Positions 1 through 12,371 of a stretch of DNA of 64,000 nt are shown here, piece after piece. Source of the DNA: Eledone cirrhosa (lineage: Eukaryota); assembly GCA_964016885.1 (NCBI GenBank), contig OZ024741.1, positions 190,402,001 through 190,466,000 on the forward strand, given 5' to 3'. The notes under the pieces are model-generated. The model ran no database searches and was not told the origin of the DNA. It saw only the letters and a list, made by a program, of their open reading frames with translations. Every line of letters begins with the position of its first letter. Position 1 is the first letter of the stretch. Both the position numbers and the translations under genes were made by a program.

Positions 1-1410
1 ATTATTCTCGAGTTGCCTCCATAAAGCTACGTCCACTTTTTTAGCCTCACATAAAACGAGAAAAGAAGAAGCAATAACACCAAACCAATAATAACTCGGT
101 TACCAGGAATATATAATCAACTGTGAAAAACATTAATGGCCTTTAATATTGCTTTATTTTATAGCTATCTATAGAAGAAACATATATATAACTGAATTTT
201 TAATACATTTTTGATCTCTTTTAAATTTTAGTTTAATACCCAATCCATAAATTTTTATGAAACTTATCTATAACTGTGAATTTTTAATGAGTTTTTGATC
301 TCTTATCTATAGTATAATATAATATAGTATGTGCATATATTTCTTTTAAATATATTTACTGCACTATAAAATCTAAAACTTAAGACAGACTCAAACTTAT
401 ATATAAATGTGAATTTTTACTGCGCTTTTGATCTCTTATTTATAATATAATGTATTATAATATGTATGTAGTTATATATTATATTTTATATATTTTTAAA
501 TATTTTAAAATATACCTACCACATTTCTATATATATGATTCTAATATAGAGAAAATATCCAAACTAAAAATTATTATAGACTTTATTTTGAACTCTGAAT
601 TATCCATGCACTCATTATTGTTTTTCATATATATATATGTGTGTATTTAAATGTAACACGTTGAACTCTACTTTATAAAATTATAACTGTTATCATTTAC
701 CTAAAGTATACTACACTAACAATACCTAATATATATCTATATATATACCTCCCTATATCTAATAATATGTTGATATCTTGGTTGAAGAATAATTAGTACA
801 TTTACACCCAGTTATACATAGGTGTATATTTATCCTTAACATGCTTCAATCTATTATCTTATTTTATTTTTATCTTCGTCGGTATTATTTACCTTAAACA
901 TACTGGCTCATTAATATATACCTATATACATAATAGTTATTTAAATATTTATAACAATAAGTACTTCAAAAGCTTTACATACCTAATATGTTGGTATCTT
1001 TGTTAAAGTTTAAATTAAGGTAAATAATCAACAGTATAATATTCTTTATGTGCCAGCTAAATCCTTTAAATGTTACCCTCATAAAATTCAGAAGTTTAGA
1101 AATGATAACACACTTATCGAATTTATAAAAATAATATATAAAAAACCAGCAAATAATCCTGAAATCTGGAGTCTTCACCCTAATATTATAAATTAAATAT
1201 TTTCAAATTTAACCGTTTAACTTTCGGAAAAAATCTCCTTCTGCATATATCACCCCCCCCCCCCCTTATCTTTCTCTCTTTATAAATCCTTTTCGAGTGG
1301 CTATCACTGGCTGTTATTAGGCTATATATGTAAAAATTTCTCTTGGGTTAATCACTACCTTGATTAAATCTTAACCATTTAACATCTCAGGGTATGTCAT
1401 GTATCATTAT

Positions 1411-1463
1411 ATTTTGTCTGATGAGTACGTACTGTTGTACATCCGAAATATGTATAATAAAAT
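1411..1463 (+). ncRNA. Minimal type I hammerhead ribozyme (family A, Penelope pLTR-type)
   Basis: attttgt CTGATGA g-tac-gtac tgtt gtac-atc-c GAAA tatgta TA ataaaat; stem I pairs with one G-U; stem II imperfect; stem III near-palindromic. Confidence 0.7.
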
Positions 1464-1648
1464 CTAATTGATCAAAAGAACATCTATTTTATTAATATTT
1501 GTATTTTAATATATGTATATACATGTATTTATGTGTGCGTGTATATATATTTGTATGTATACACTTTTCTGTGTATATGTTTGTACTGTATATAATTATG
1601 TGTGTGTATTTTTCTGTGTATGTGTATATATGTATGTGTATGCTATGC

Positions 1649-1684
<36 letters not shown>

Positions 1685-1691
<7 letters not shown>

Positions 1692-2385
1692 TAGTCCTTC
1701 ATCAGTGATCTTCCAACCATCATTGGTATTTCATCGCTTTAAAGACCATATACCTCCGGTTGGTGCGAGCAACGGCTAAAAAAAGTCGTTGGGACATGTA
1801 AATAAAGGGGACACGAGAGTGTAAACAAACAAAGATGGTGAAGCAACGAAAAGTGAGGAAGAAGGAGTCAAGTCCCAAATTTCCATGAATATAAATTCGG
1901 TGAAATCGTGAACGAGAGAGAATAAAGACCATCAAACCTGGTTGGAATGTGAGCAAGGAAGGAATTCCGTACGGGTCTAGCGGGAGGAAGAAGGGATCTA
2001 GTCTGGGAATTCGGTGAACGTAATTTCTGTGAAATCGTAGACGAGAGAGAGAAAAAAAGCGACCTGCCTGACCAAGGGTGCGAAAGAAAAGAATTACGCA
2101 CAGGTCAAACGGGAAGAAGGAGGAGGAGAGGTAGTAACAGAGAGTGTGTGAGTGAAGGATGAGGAAGAGGCTAACAGAGAGAGTGACTGTTAGAGAGGGT
2201 AAAGATACAGAGAAAGAGGAAGCAGTAAGAACGAAATAGACGTGTAACAGCGGGGGAAAAAATATGTGTAAATATGAGAATAAACGTGCTGCGTGGTTGC
2301 TAATGGGTTACATATGAATAAAGTTAGTCCTTCATCAGTGATCTTCCAACCATCATTGGTATTTCATCGCTTTAAAGACCATATA
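1685..2385 (-). mobile_element. 633-bp unit bounded by identical 68-bp direct repeats, inserted in (TA)n; possibly non-autonomous Penelope/retrozyme-like
   Basis: 1685-1752 is identical to 2318-2385; the repeat has CTGATGA on the minus strand; TA runs on both sides. Confidence 0.45.
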
Positions 2386-2694
2386 TATATTTATTTTATT
2401 TTCTACATTTGCTTACCACGTGTGTTTGTTTATTTATTTTTATTTGTGTCTTTCTCCTCTTCTGTATCGCTGTCAACTTTTTAATTTCTCATTTCTTATT
2501 TTTTATTTTTTTATTTGTATGTATTTGACTTCATTTTGATTTCATGTAGATGTATATTGTCTTAGCAGTGTATGTGACTGCCTTATTCAGTATATGTTTG
2601 TTCATTGATTTTTATTTATTCTTATAATTATGTGTGTGTGTGTATGTATATATCTATATATGTGGGTGCGTATGTATGTGTGTATGTATGTGTA

Positions 2695-2736
<42 letters not shown>

Positions 2737-2864
2737 AAAGTTCTATTTAAAGTTGTTGGGATACAATAAGTAAATATTTTTATAACTGATATAAAGCACT
2801 CGACACATTTTTGGAGTAGATATACGATATTAATAAATGCAAACTATATTTATAAAACCATATT

Positions 2865-2929
2865 TATTTCATTATACATATTTCAGGGATACCACATTAA
2901 ATTATGGTATGCCTTCATCAGACAAAATA
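2865..2929 (-). ncRNA. Minimal type I hammerhead ribozyme (family A)
   Basis: Reverse complement of the motif at 4499-4563. Confidence 0.8.
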
Positions 2930-4498
2930 CAATATATAACAGTTTTAAATATAAATTTAAAATATAGTATAATTAATTAAGTAATTTTAGTTAATATATA
3001 GAACCAGTCGATAATCCATTAGATTCCTTCACCTTTTTCTTTTTAAACTTTCTTCCTAAATATAAACATGGATATAATAAACTACTCTAAAATGTCTATA
3101 CTTCCAATGTATTAAATAAAATATACGTAAGGTAAATTTCTATATTAAATATAAGGTTATCTGTAGAATCATTGGGTTTTTTTAATTTTTTTAAATCTTT
3201 TAAATTATTTTTATTTGTTTTGATTATGATAGCTTCTCATAACGTTCACAAGTATACCCTCTCAATATCTTGATTGAGATATACGTAGGATAAATTTCTA
3301 TACTAAATATATAAAACATATTATTTTAACTTAAGATACTCTATAGTGTTTTAATGATATTTAATGCTTTGATATTTCTAGATTTCTTTTGACTATATAG
3401 TTGCATTTCCAAAATATATTCCTTTGGTATTTTAAATTTATATTGTTGTGGTTATATTTACAAATTATAATCCTTTGGTAATTTATTGGATTATCTCTAT
3501 ACACATGCATATGTGTGTATTAACATGCATAGAAAGTGTTATAGATTTTTTGTGTTTGTATATGTGTCTGTATATATACATGAGTGATGCATGAGGACGC
3601 ACGCAAATATTTATTTATACATATGTATGTGTATATATGTATGTGTATATATCTATGTGGTTGAAAGGTATGTTGCAGATGTGCATAATATTAAACACAT
3701 GAATGGTAATCGTATATATGAGGACATGATTGTTAATCGTATATATTTGTATATATATACTGTGAAATTTTTATAACACAATGAGCGTATAGCAGTGATT
3801 AAGAGAAATCATTTACGTTTTGTATGGCTATATTGTTGGCTTGAGTAAACATAATTTCTATTTTCAGGACGTGCGTATCTATATGTATGTATATATACAT
3901 ATATATTTGTATGTCTTTGCATAAAATACTAATCTCTATAGCAAGGGTACATTTTAAACTCAGATTTTGGTATATTGATCTCAAGTTTCTAAACTAAACA
4001 TATGGTCATTATCGAACAATATTTAATTTCTCATATTATATATCTATGTCCCATTCATGAATATTGATACTTATATTTATATTTTTATTATTCATTTCAT
4101 ATAAATTGTTAACTCAACTTAATATGACATGGCGTAAAGTTGTCACTGTCCCCCTCTCTCTATATAGTATTTCTCTCTCTTGAGTTTCTCTTTCTGTATG
4201 ATGACTCTGTTGCTTTCCTTTGTTTTTCTAATTCCTTCCTTTTCTTTCTTTTTTATTTCCTCCTATCTTTATCTATCTCTTTCTTTTCTCCATACATTTC
4301 TCTCTCTCTCCGATATTTCTCCAGATTTTCTTTCTCTCTCTCTGTCTTTGTTCTTTTCTCTTTCTTTCTCTCCGTCTTTTTCTAATTATGCTTAACACTA
4401 TGACTTATATAAACAAATCACTATCCAGACAGCCTCCAAAAGTAATGGTTGTATTTTAAAGGGTACGTCAAACCTATTTGTAAAACTGTTATATATTG

Positions 4499-4563
4499 TA
4501 TTTTGTCTGATGAAGGCATACCATAATTTAATGTGGTATCCCTGAAATATGTATAATGAAATA
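4499..4563 (+). ncRNA. Minimal type I hammerhead ribozyme (family A)
   Basis: tattttgt CTGATGA aggcataccata atttaa tgtggtatccct GAAA tatgta TA atgaaata; intact core, GUA cleavage triplet. Confidence 0.82.
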
Positions 4564-4602
4564 AAAATGGTTTTATAAATATAGTTTCCATTTATTAATA
4601 TC

Positions 4603-4670
<68 letters not shown>

Positions 4671-4749
4671 TTGTGTATTTATGTGTATGTATGGATATAT
4701 ATATATATATGATATTAACAAATGGAAACTATATTTATAAAACCATATT

Positions 4750-4814
4750 TATTTCATTATACATATTTCAAGGACACCAAGTTAAATTATGGTGTGCTTT
4801 CATCAGATAAAATA
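4750..4814 (-). ncRNA. Minimal type I hammerhead ribozyme (family A)
   Basis: Minus strand: tattttat CTGATGA aagcacacca...tggtgtcctt GAAA tatgta TA atgaaata; compensatory stem II changes relative to the 4499 copy. Confidence 0.8.
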
Positions 4815-4886
4815 TAATATAGATCAGTTTTATAAATAAATATTGACATACCCTTAAAGAATGCAACCATTGCTGTTGGAAGCTCC

Positions 4887-5047
4887 AAGGCCAGCAATTA
4901 TCCAGTGCATTACTGGTACTTTATTTTATCGACCCCGTAAGGATGAAAGGCAAAGTCAACCTCGGCGGGATTTGAACTCAGATCGTAAAGGGACATAACT
5001 ACGCTGGAAAGCATGACGTCCGACCCTCTACCGATACTGCCAATCCA
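4887..5047 (-). mobile_element. tRNA-derived SINE with Meta-like central domain
   Basis: B-box gagttcaaatcc and gcctttcatccttacggggtcgataaaataaagtaccag on the minus strand; many copies in the window. Confidence 0.8.
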
Positions 5048-5623
5048 ATAAGATGTAATATTTGATGGAGATTTTGGCTTTTGTGGTTGTCTCTAGCATT
5101 TTCTTTTATATAAATGTTAATGCTTGGCTGCCATTTTTAGCATTGCTATTGACCACGTGGATGTCCCAAACAGGGACGAAAGTTTCATATTTACCTCATT
5201 TTGACCGTAATATTTACCTGAGTTTTCTAAAATAGCGACAGCACTAATTTTGTTCATAACTTTCTTAATAATTAATTTCTTTTTATTGAAATTTTATAGA
5301 GATACTTATCAAAGTGTGTAGATTAGAATTTCGGAAATGGATATATAGATCTTAAGTAGATTTGAATAAGACTAGAATATGTGATTAACAGTGTATTTCT
5401 TTAGTATTTCTCTCATATTCTGACACATTGAATCTAGTTATTACTTCTAGCATTGCATAAGACATCAGAAACATTATTTCACTGGTCTTCCCAGTATTTT
5501 ACAAAACTATGGTTTTTAAAGGAGGACATAAGGGCCAATTGCCCCCCTGCAGTGGGTTGTCGCACCAGCGCGACGACCGTAGCAATTTATTTGTTTGTAT
5601 CTCTGTTTTGTCGTTTCCTTAAA

Positions 5624-5656
<33 letters not shown>

Positions 5657-5726
5657 AGATGTATACTCTATATTCTTCTGAGTTTTGGGCTTGTATTGGC
5701 CGATAGTGCTTCTTGTAGCTTTACTT

Positions 5727-5764
5727 GCCCTGATGAGTTCTTAATAGGACGAAACATTGTTGGC
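5727..5764 (+). ncRNA. Minimal type I hammerhead ribozyme (family B)
   Basis: gcc CTGATGA gttct taat aggac GAAA cattg TT ggc, followed by AATAAA; stem I only 3 bp. Confidence 0.7.
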
Positions 5765-6217
5765 TAATAAAGACTTTTGATGTATTGAAGGCTTCTTTGG
5801 TTTATTTTTTTATAATTCTTCGGCTCTGTTTAATTACATTGAGCTATATCTTATACTGTCATTTCTATAATATGAAGAGGGTGTTTAACTCCAACACACT
5901 CTAGTATTTTAATTCTTATATATATATATATATATATATTTAATACAATAACAGAGATAGTTTAAAGCTAAACTCTGACTGGTAACCATCTCACTCAACA
6001 AACATTAGGTTATATTAAAATATAAACCCAATTTAAGTGTTTGGGGTGCTAACAATAAGTATAATGTGGAAAAACCAGTTGTATATATATATATATATAT
6101 GTACAGAGATACAAACAAATAAATTGCTACGGTCGTCGCGCTGATGCGGCAACCCAGGGCAATTGGCCCCTATGTCCCCCTTTAAATCCGGCCCTACACA
6201 AACGCATACACACAAAC

Positions 6218-6257
<40 letters not shown>

Positions 6258-6998
6258 TAGTATATAAATATGACATAAAACTACAGTTTTGTAAAGTAGT
6301 GATGCTAAATCTGTGAAATCTTGCATGCATTAATTCCAGTGTGGTAATCCTACTGCTGAGTCTAAGGTACTCAAATGTGAAGTTTAAACATGATTCGTTC
6401 ACTTCTTTTTAAGTGCATTGGAGACAAACAAACAAACCAACTAGTTTATATGTGTATGTCTATATATATGACTTTTATAAGTCCCAATTTTGTTGCAAAT
6501 GTTGTACAAGAAAACGTTTTATTTATTAATTAACGCAAAGTTTCCGAATATCACCTCATACGTTCTAACAGCACTTCCAATTCAATACTTTTTAAAATGA
6601 ATATACTCTTAATATCACATATTCTAACAATGATAAAAATTAACTCTTCTATACAGTTAATAATAAATGATATAACATTTTATTTACCTTCATTATCTTC
6701 GCTTTAATTGTTTTTTTTTGTCTTCCTTTGTCTTGCGTTTGGTCAAAATGTGTAATTATTAAATATGTGTTGTTGCTTTAAAAAAATGTCTCTTGAACTT
6801 CGATTATATAATAAATCATGTGACAAGACACGGGATTATACTTTTATTTTTCTCGGGAACAATATTATTTCTAAATATTTGAGTATTCGGCTCTCTGAGT
6901 TCAAATCCCGCCGAGGTCAACTTTGTCTTTCATCTTTCAAGGAAAAATTATTTCACTGGTGTTTCAAGCATTTTACAAAACTATATGTATGTGTGTGT

Positions 6999-7089
<91 letters not shown>

Positions 7090-7429
7090 GTATACATATA
7101 TATATGTACGTATGTCTGTTTTTGTTTGTGTGTTCATATTTAACCATAAATACTTTAAGGTCTACATTTAATAAGTTGTTTTCAATACATAAGAGAGAGA
7201 GCCTTGAAATAAATGATAAACCTTATAATAAAAAAGGAATTGATTAATTAATAACAAAACAATTAATAGTCAGCAACTACCCTCAATGTAGTGCCGTTTG
7301 TTGAGGTGACCATGTCATGCTCATACAATGACGAACATTGCCATATAAAATGTGAAACTAATTAGATATCTTCTATCTCTGTTTTGTCGTTTCCTTGAAC
7401 CACACACACACACACACACATACATATAT

Positions 7430-8408
7430 GTTGCTGTATACCAACACCAAAGCCCAAGTCATTACAGCTGACGGGATAAGGGAGTTCTTTGAGATACTGG
7501 CTGAAATGCTCCAGGGAGATACATTGGCTCCCTACCTTTTTATAATCGCAGTGGACTATTTTATCTACCTTGCGCTAGAGAAACACCAGGACTCTGGCTT
7601 TACTGTAGCACTGGCTCAGAGTAGGAGAGTTAAGGAGAGAAAGATATCAGATGCTGAATTTGCTGACGACAGAGTTCTGGTGACAAACTCAGTGAAGGAG
7701 GCAGAGGGGTTGATGCAGGAGGTGGTGACTGTGTAGATGAGTGTGGGGCTGAGAATGAATGAGATTAAGACGAAGTATCTGGTAGAGAACATTAAGAAGC
7801 CAGAAAATATTAGGAAGCTGCTAGAGTTGGTTGAGGACTTCCTGTATCTGAGAGCAAAGATTGGGAACACAGAGAATGATGTAGTTGAGAGGAGGAGCAA
7901 AACCTGGGTGGCGTGCCACAGTTTGAGATCGGTGGGGAAGTCGGACCTTCGTAAGGACTTGAAGATCCGTCTCTTTGTTGCTACAGTGAAGTCTGTGGTA
8001 CTGTACAGGTCTGAGACATGGACACTGACCAAGAAACTCACTCAGATGATGGATGGATACTACACGAGAATGCTGAGGATGGCTCTGAACATTAATCAGT
8101 ATACACTGAGGATGAAGAACTCAGAGCTGTATGGGAGCTTCCCAAAGGTCAACTCGAAAGTAACACAGAGGAGACTGAGGTTAGCTGGACATGCTCACCA
8201 ACATTCAGAGTTGACACTGCATTCAGTTCTCCTGTGGGAGCCCCTATACGGACACGCTAGAAGAGGGAGACCGAAGTTGACATATGTTGATGCCCTAAGG
8301 ATAGACACAGGTATTTTGGAGACGCAAGACATGGCTGCGATGATGAAGGACAGAGACCGCTGGACAGAACTCGTACATGGACCTCGGGAATTTTACCCAC
8401 CCTAGAGA
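7430..8408 (+). mobile_element. 5'-truncated RTE-clade LINE, decayed RT C-terminal half
   Basis: LQGDTLAPYLFIIAVDY, EFADD, LYRSETWTLT, RRLRLAGH, RRGRP motifs; in-frame stop at 7734. Confidence 0.88.
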
Positions 8409-9127
8409 TACATAGTTTGCTTGAACATATATTGAAATACTTTTCTTGGTTCAACACTAGAATGAATAAAACGGAGATTTGGATTCTATTTCTGACATTC
8501 TAAAATATAATAAGATGTAATATTTGAAGATTTGGATGTTGTGTCTAGCATTTTCTTTTATAAAAAATTTAATGTTTGGCTGCCATTTCTAGCATTATTA
8601 TTAACCACATAGTGTGGTCCGCAAGCAGGGACGAATGTTTCGTATTTACCTCCCTTTGACGGTGATATTTACCTGAGTTTTCTAAAATAGTCACATCACT
8701 GATTTTCTTCATAACTTTCTTAATAGTTCATATTTTTTTAATTGAAATTTTAAACAGATACTTATTAAAGTGTATAGATTACAGTTCTGATTACAGTTTA
8801 TAAATTTTAATTAGATTTTAACGAGACTAGACGGGGTCGATAAAATAAAGTACCAGTAATGCACTGGATAATTGCTGGCCTTGTGCCTAAAGTAGAAACA
8901 ATTAAATGAATCTATGGTTTGAGGGAAATTTCGTTGCTACAACTAGCATTGCCTAAGACATAAGGAAGGGAGAAAATAATTTCACTGGTGTTCCCATCTC
9001 TTTACAAATCTGTGGTTTGTGGGAGATTTGATGCTACTCTTAATAGGTTTTACGGTTCTTATATATTTGATATATATTTATCCTTATCGAGCCCTCTTTG
9101 GATTTTACTCTTCAAATTTATTATTAT

Positions 9128-9183
<56 letters not shown>

Positions 9184-9209
9184 CGCGAGCAAGAGAGATG
9201 TATGTATGT

Positions 9210-9288
<79 letters not shown>

Positions 9289-10413
9289 GCTGTTAGAGAA
9301 TTGGACTATCAATCGTGATGTTGTAAAGCTCGATTACCGGATGCGCTATGTCCTTGAGCAAGGAGCAAGACATTTTATTTCACGTTGTTCATTTTGCCTG
9401 GATTTGGGGCCGGTAGGTAGTATTTACAATTGGAAAGACAAATGGAAACATTGTTTCCTGGGTCCGATTTGACGAGGTCCTCCTACGCCCACCCTATTCG
9501 TTAAGCAAATGAGGTCTGTGATCATGTTGATCAACTGTTATATGTGTGTGTGTGCGTATGTGTGTATACGTAGAATTTAGTTTTTCTTTAAAAAGATCGA
9601 TACAATATGCCGGTATGAAAGTTAATAAAATAGATTAAAAACAGACGACATTTGGTGGTGAAGAACTAAAAACATACACAAACGTATTTATGTATGTGTG
9701 TGAGTGAGTTTGAGTGCGTGTATGTGTGTGTGTCTGTGTGTCTGTGTGGGTGGGTGTGCAGGACAATTAATAGTCAGCAACTACCCACAATGTAGTGCCG
9801 GTTGTTGAGGTGACCACGTCATGCTCATACAATGACGAACATTGCCTTATAAAATGTGAAATTAATTAGATATTTCTATCTCTGTTTTGTCGTTTTCTTG
9901 AACTACACACAAAACACAAGGAGATTTGGATGTTGTGTCTAGCATTTTCTTTTATAAAAATTTTAATGTTTGGCTGCCATTTCTAGCATTATTATTGACC
10001 GCATAGTTGTCCGTAAGCAGGGACGAAAGTTTCGTATTTACCTCCCTTTGACCGTGATATTTACCTGAGTTTTCTAAAATAGTCACACCTCTGATTTTCT
10101 TCATAACTTTCTTAATAGTTCATATTTTTGTATTGAAATTTTAAACAGATACTTATTAAAGTGTGTAGATTACAGTTCTGGAAACTAGTTTATAAATTTT
10201 AAGAAGATTTTAACGAGACTAGATTATGTGGTTAACTGTATATTTCTTAGGTAATTGTATCATTTCCTGACATTAAATGTATCTATGGTTTGAGGGAAAT
10301 TTGGTTGCTACAACTAGCATTGCTTAAGACATAAGAAGAAAATAATTTCACTGGTGTTCCCATCTCTTTACAAATCTGTGGTTTGTGGGAGATTTGATGT
10401 TACTCTTAATAGG

Positions 10414-10445
<32 letters not shown>

Positions 10446-10488
10446 ATGAAACAGTTGAATGAAACAGTTCTAGTCCTGTAGAATCTCA

Positions 10489-10591
<103 letters not shown>

Positions 10592-10766
10592 GTGAGGTTT
10601 TTTTTACAAAATGAAAAATAACCGAGGTGTCCTACACGAATGAAAGTATAAAGAATAAGAGATGAAATCGAAAATGCAACTGGAGTCTTATTTTTAAAAA
10701 AAATATATATATTTTTATATATAAATATATATATATATATAAATAAATATATATATTTATTTGGTT

Positions 10767-10804
10767 CCTTTACCGGTTTCGCAGTTCTTCTGCTTTTCAA
10801 AAGG
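10767..10804 (-). ncRNA. Minimal hammerhead ribozyme with U3-A8 core variant (family C)
   Basis: Minus strand: cctt TTGAAAA gcag aagaa ctgc GAAA ccgg TA aagg, then AATAAA; all three stems pair. Confidence 0.65.
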
Positions 10805-10824
10805 TGAGTTGAGATGGAGGGTCT

Positions 10825-10958
<134 letters not shown>

Positions 10959-11344
10959 GGGGGGGGGGGGGGCGTGATTGAGTTGTTAGAGAATTGAACT
11001 CTCAATCGTGAGGTTGTGAGCTCGATTCCCGGGTGCGTTATGTCCTTGAGCAAGGAGCAAGACACTTTATTTCACGTTGTTCATTCTGCCTGGATTTGGG
11101 GCCGGTAGATAATATTTACAATTGGAAACACAAATGGAAACATTGTTTCCTTGGTCCGATTTCACAAAGATACCTCCACCTCATTCGTTAAGCAAATGAG
11201 GTCTGTGATCCTGCTGATCAACTGTTATATGTGTGTGTGTTTGTGTGCGTGAATGTGAGTGTGTGTGTTTGTGTGTGTTTGTGTGTCTGTATGTGTCTGT
11301 GTGGCTGTGTGTGTCTGTGTGTGTGTGTGGGGGGGGGGGGGGAT

Positions 11345-11660
11345 GCAGGATATAATGGTGGCATAGGAAGCAATTCCTCTGGGTCCCCAACAGTGGGGTG
11401 CCCCACCAGCAACGACCGTTGTAATTTATTTGTGCCCTCATCTGGGATTTTTAATTTTAGGATGGTTAGAATATTTGAATTAATACATGCATCATTTTTC
11501 ATTCCAATTATTGTCGCCAAGCTTACTTTGATATATAAAACTGGGGTGGGGTGTGGAGGTGGGTGGGGTGGGGGCTGTATATGCTAATTATTTGTGTATT
11601 AGGGCCTCCCTCAAATCTGTTGTGGCCCAGGCCTCTAATGGACTAAACCCAAAACTATGT
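11345..11660. mobile_element. Degenerate MITE with CAGGGCCGG-type ends (hAT-like); related ends at 5510-5606 and 6103-6195
   Basis: GC-rich subterminal motifs; best-preserved end is taaatccggcccta near 6183-6196. Confidence 0.4.
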
Positions 11661-12371
11661 GCGTGTGTTTTTCAATAGAGAATATACAGATGTGTGTACG
11701 TGTGTCAGTTTTCTTTTGTGTCTTTTGTGTCTTTAACCATAATAAATACTTTAAGCTCAACATTTACTAAGTTGTTTTCAATACATAAGAGAGAGCCTTG
11801 AAATAAATGATAAACCTCATAATAAAAAAGGAATTGATTAATTAATAACAAAACAATTAATCGTCAGCAACTACCCTCAATGTAGTGCCGTTTGTTGAGG
11901 TGACCATGTCATGCTCATACAATGACGAATATTGCCATATAAAATGTGAAACTAATTAGATATCTTCTATCTCTGTTTTGTCGCTTCTTTGAACTACACC
12001 CCCCTCTCCCCATACACTTATATAGAAAGTTTGCTTCAAAATATATTGAAATATTTTGCTTGGTTCAACACTAGAATGAATAAAACAGAGATTTGGATTC
12101 TATTTATGACATTCTAAAATATAATAAGATGTAATATTTGAAGATTTGGATGTTGTGTCTAGCATTTTCTTTTATAAAAGATTTAATGTTTGGCTGCCAT
12201 TTCTAGCATTATTATTGACCACATAGTTGTCCGTAAGCAGGGACGAATGTTTCGTATTTACCTCCCTTTGACGGTGATATTTACTTAAGTTTTCTAAAGT
12301 AGTCACACCACTGATTTTGTTCATAGCTTTCTTAATAATTCATATTTTTTTAATTGGAATTAAATTTTAAT

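Noticed and set aside
1-1400. AT-rich region upstream of the 1411 hammerhead as a Penelope coding remnant
   Set aside because: Only short open stretches; no RT or GIY-YIG motifs could be identified with confidence
7262-7365. Possible minus-strand exon in the duplicated block (VSHFIWQCSSLYEHDMVTSTNGTTLRVVADY*)
   Set aside because: No recognisable homology, weak acceptor, and differences between copies are non-synonymous
11543-11575. G-quadruplex-capable tract (also 26745-26764)
   Set aside because: Lies in the variable interior of decayed repeats, with nothing to indicate function
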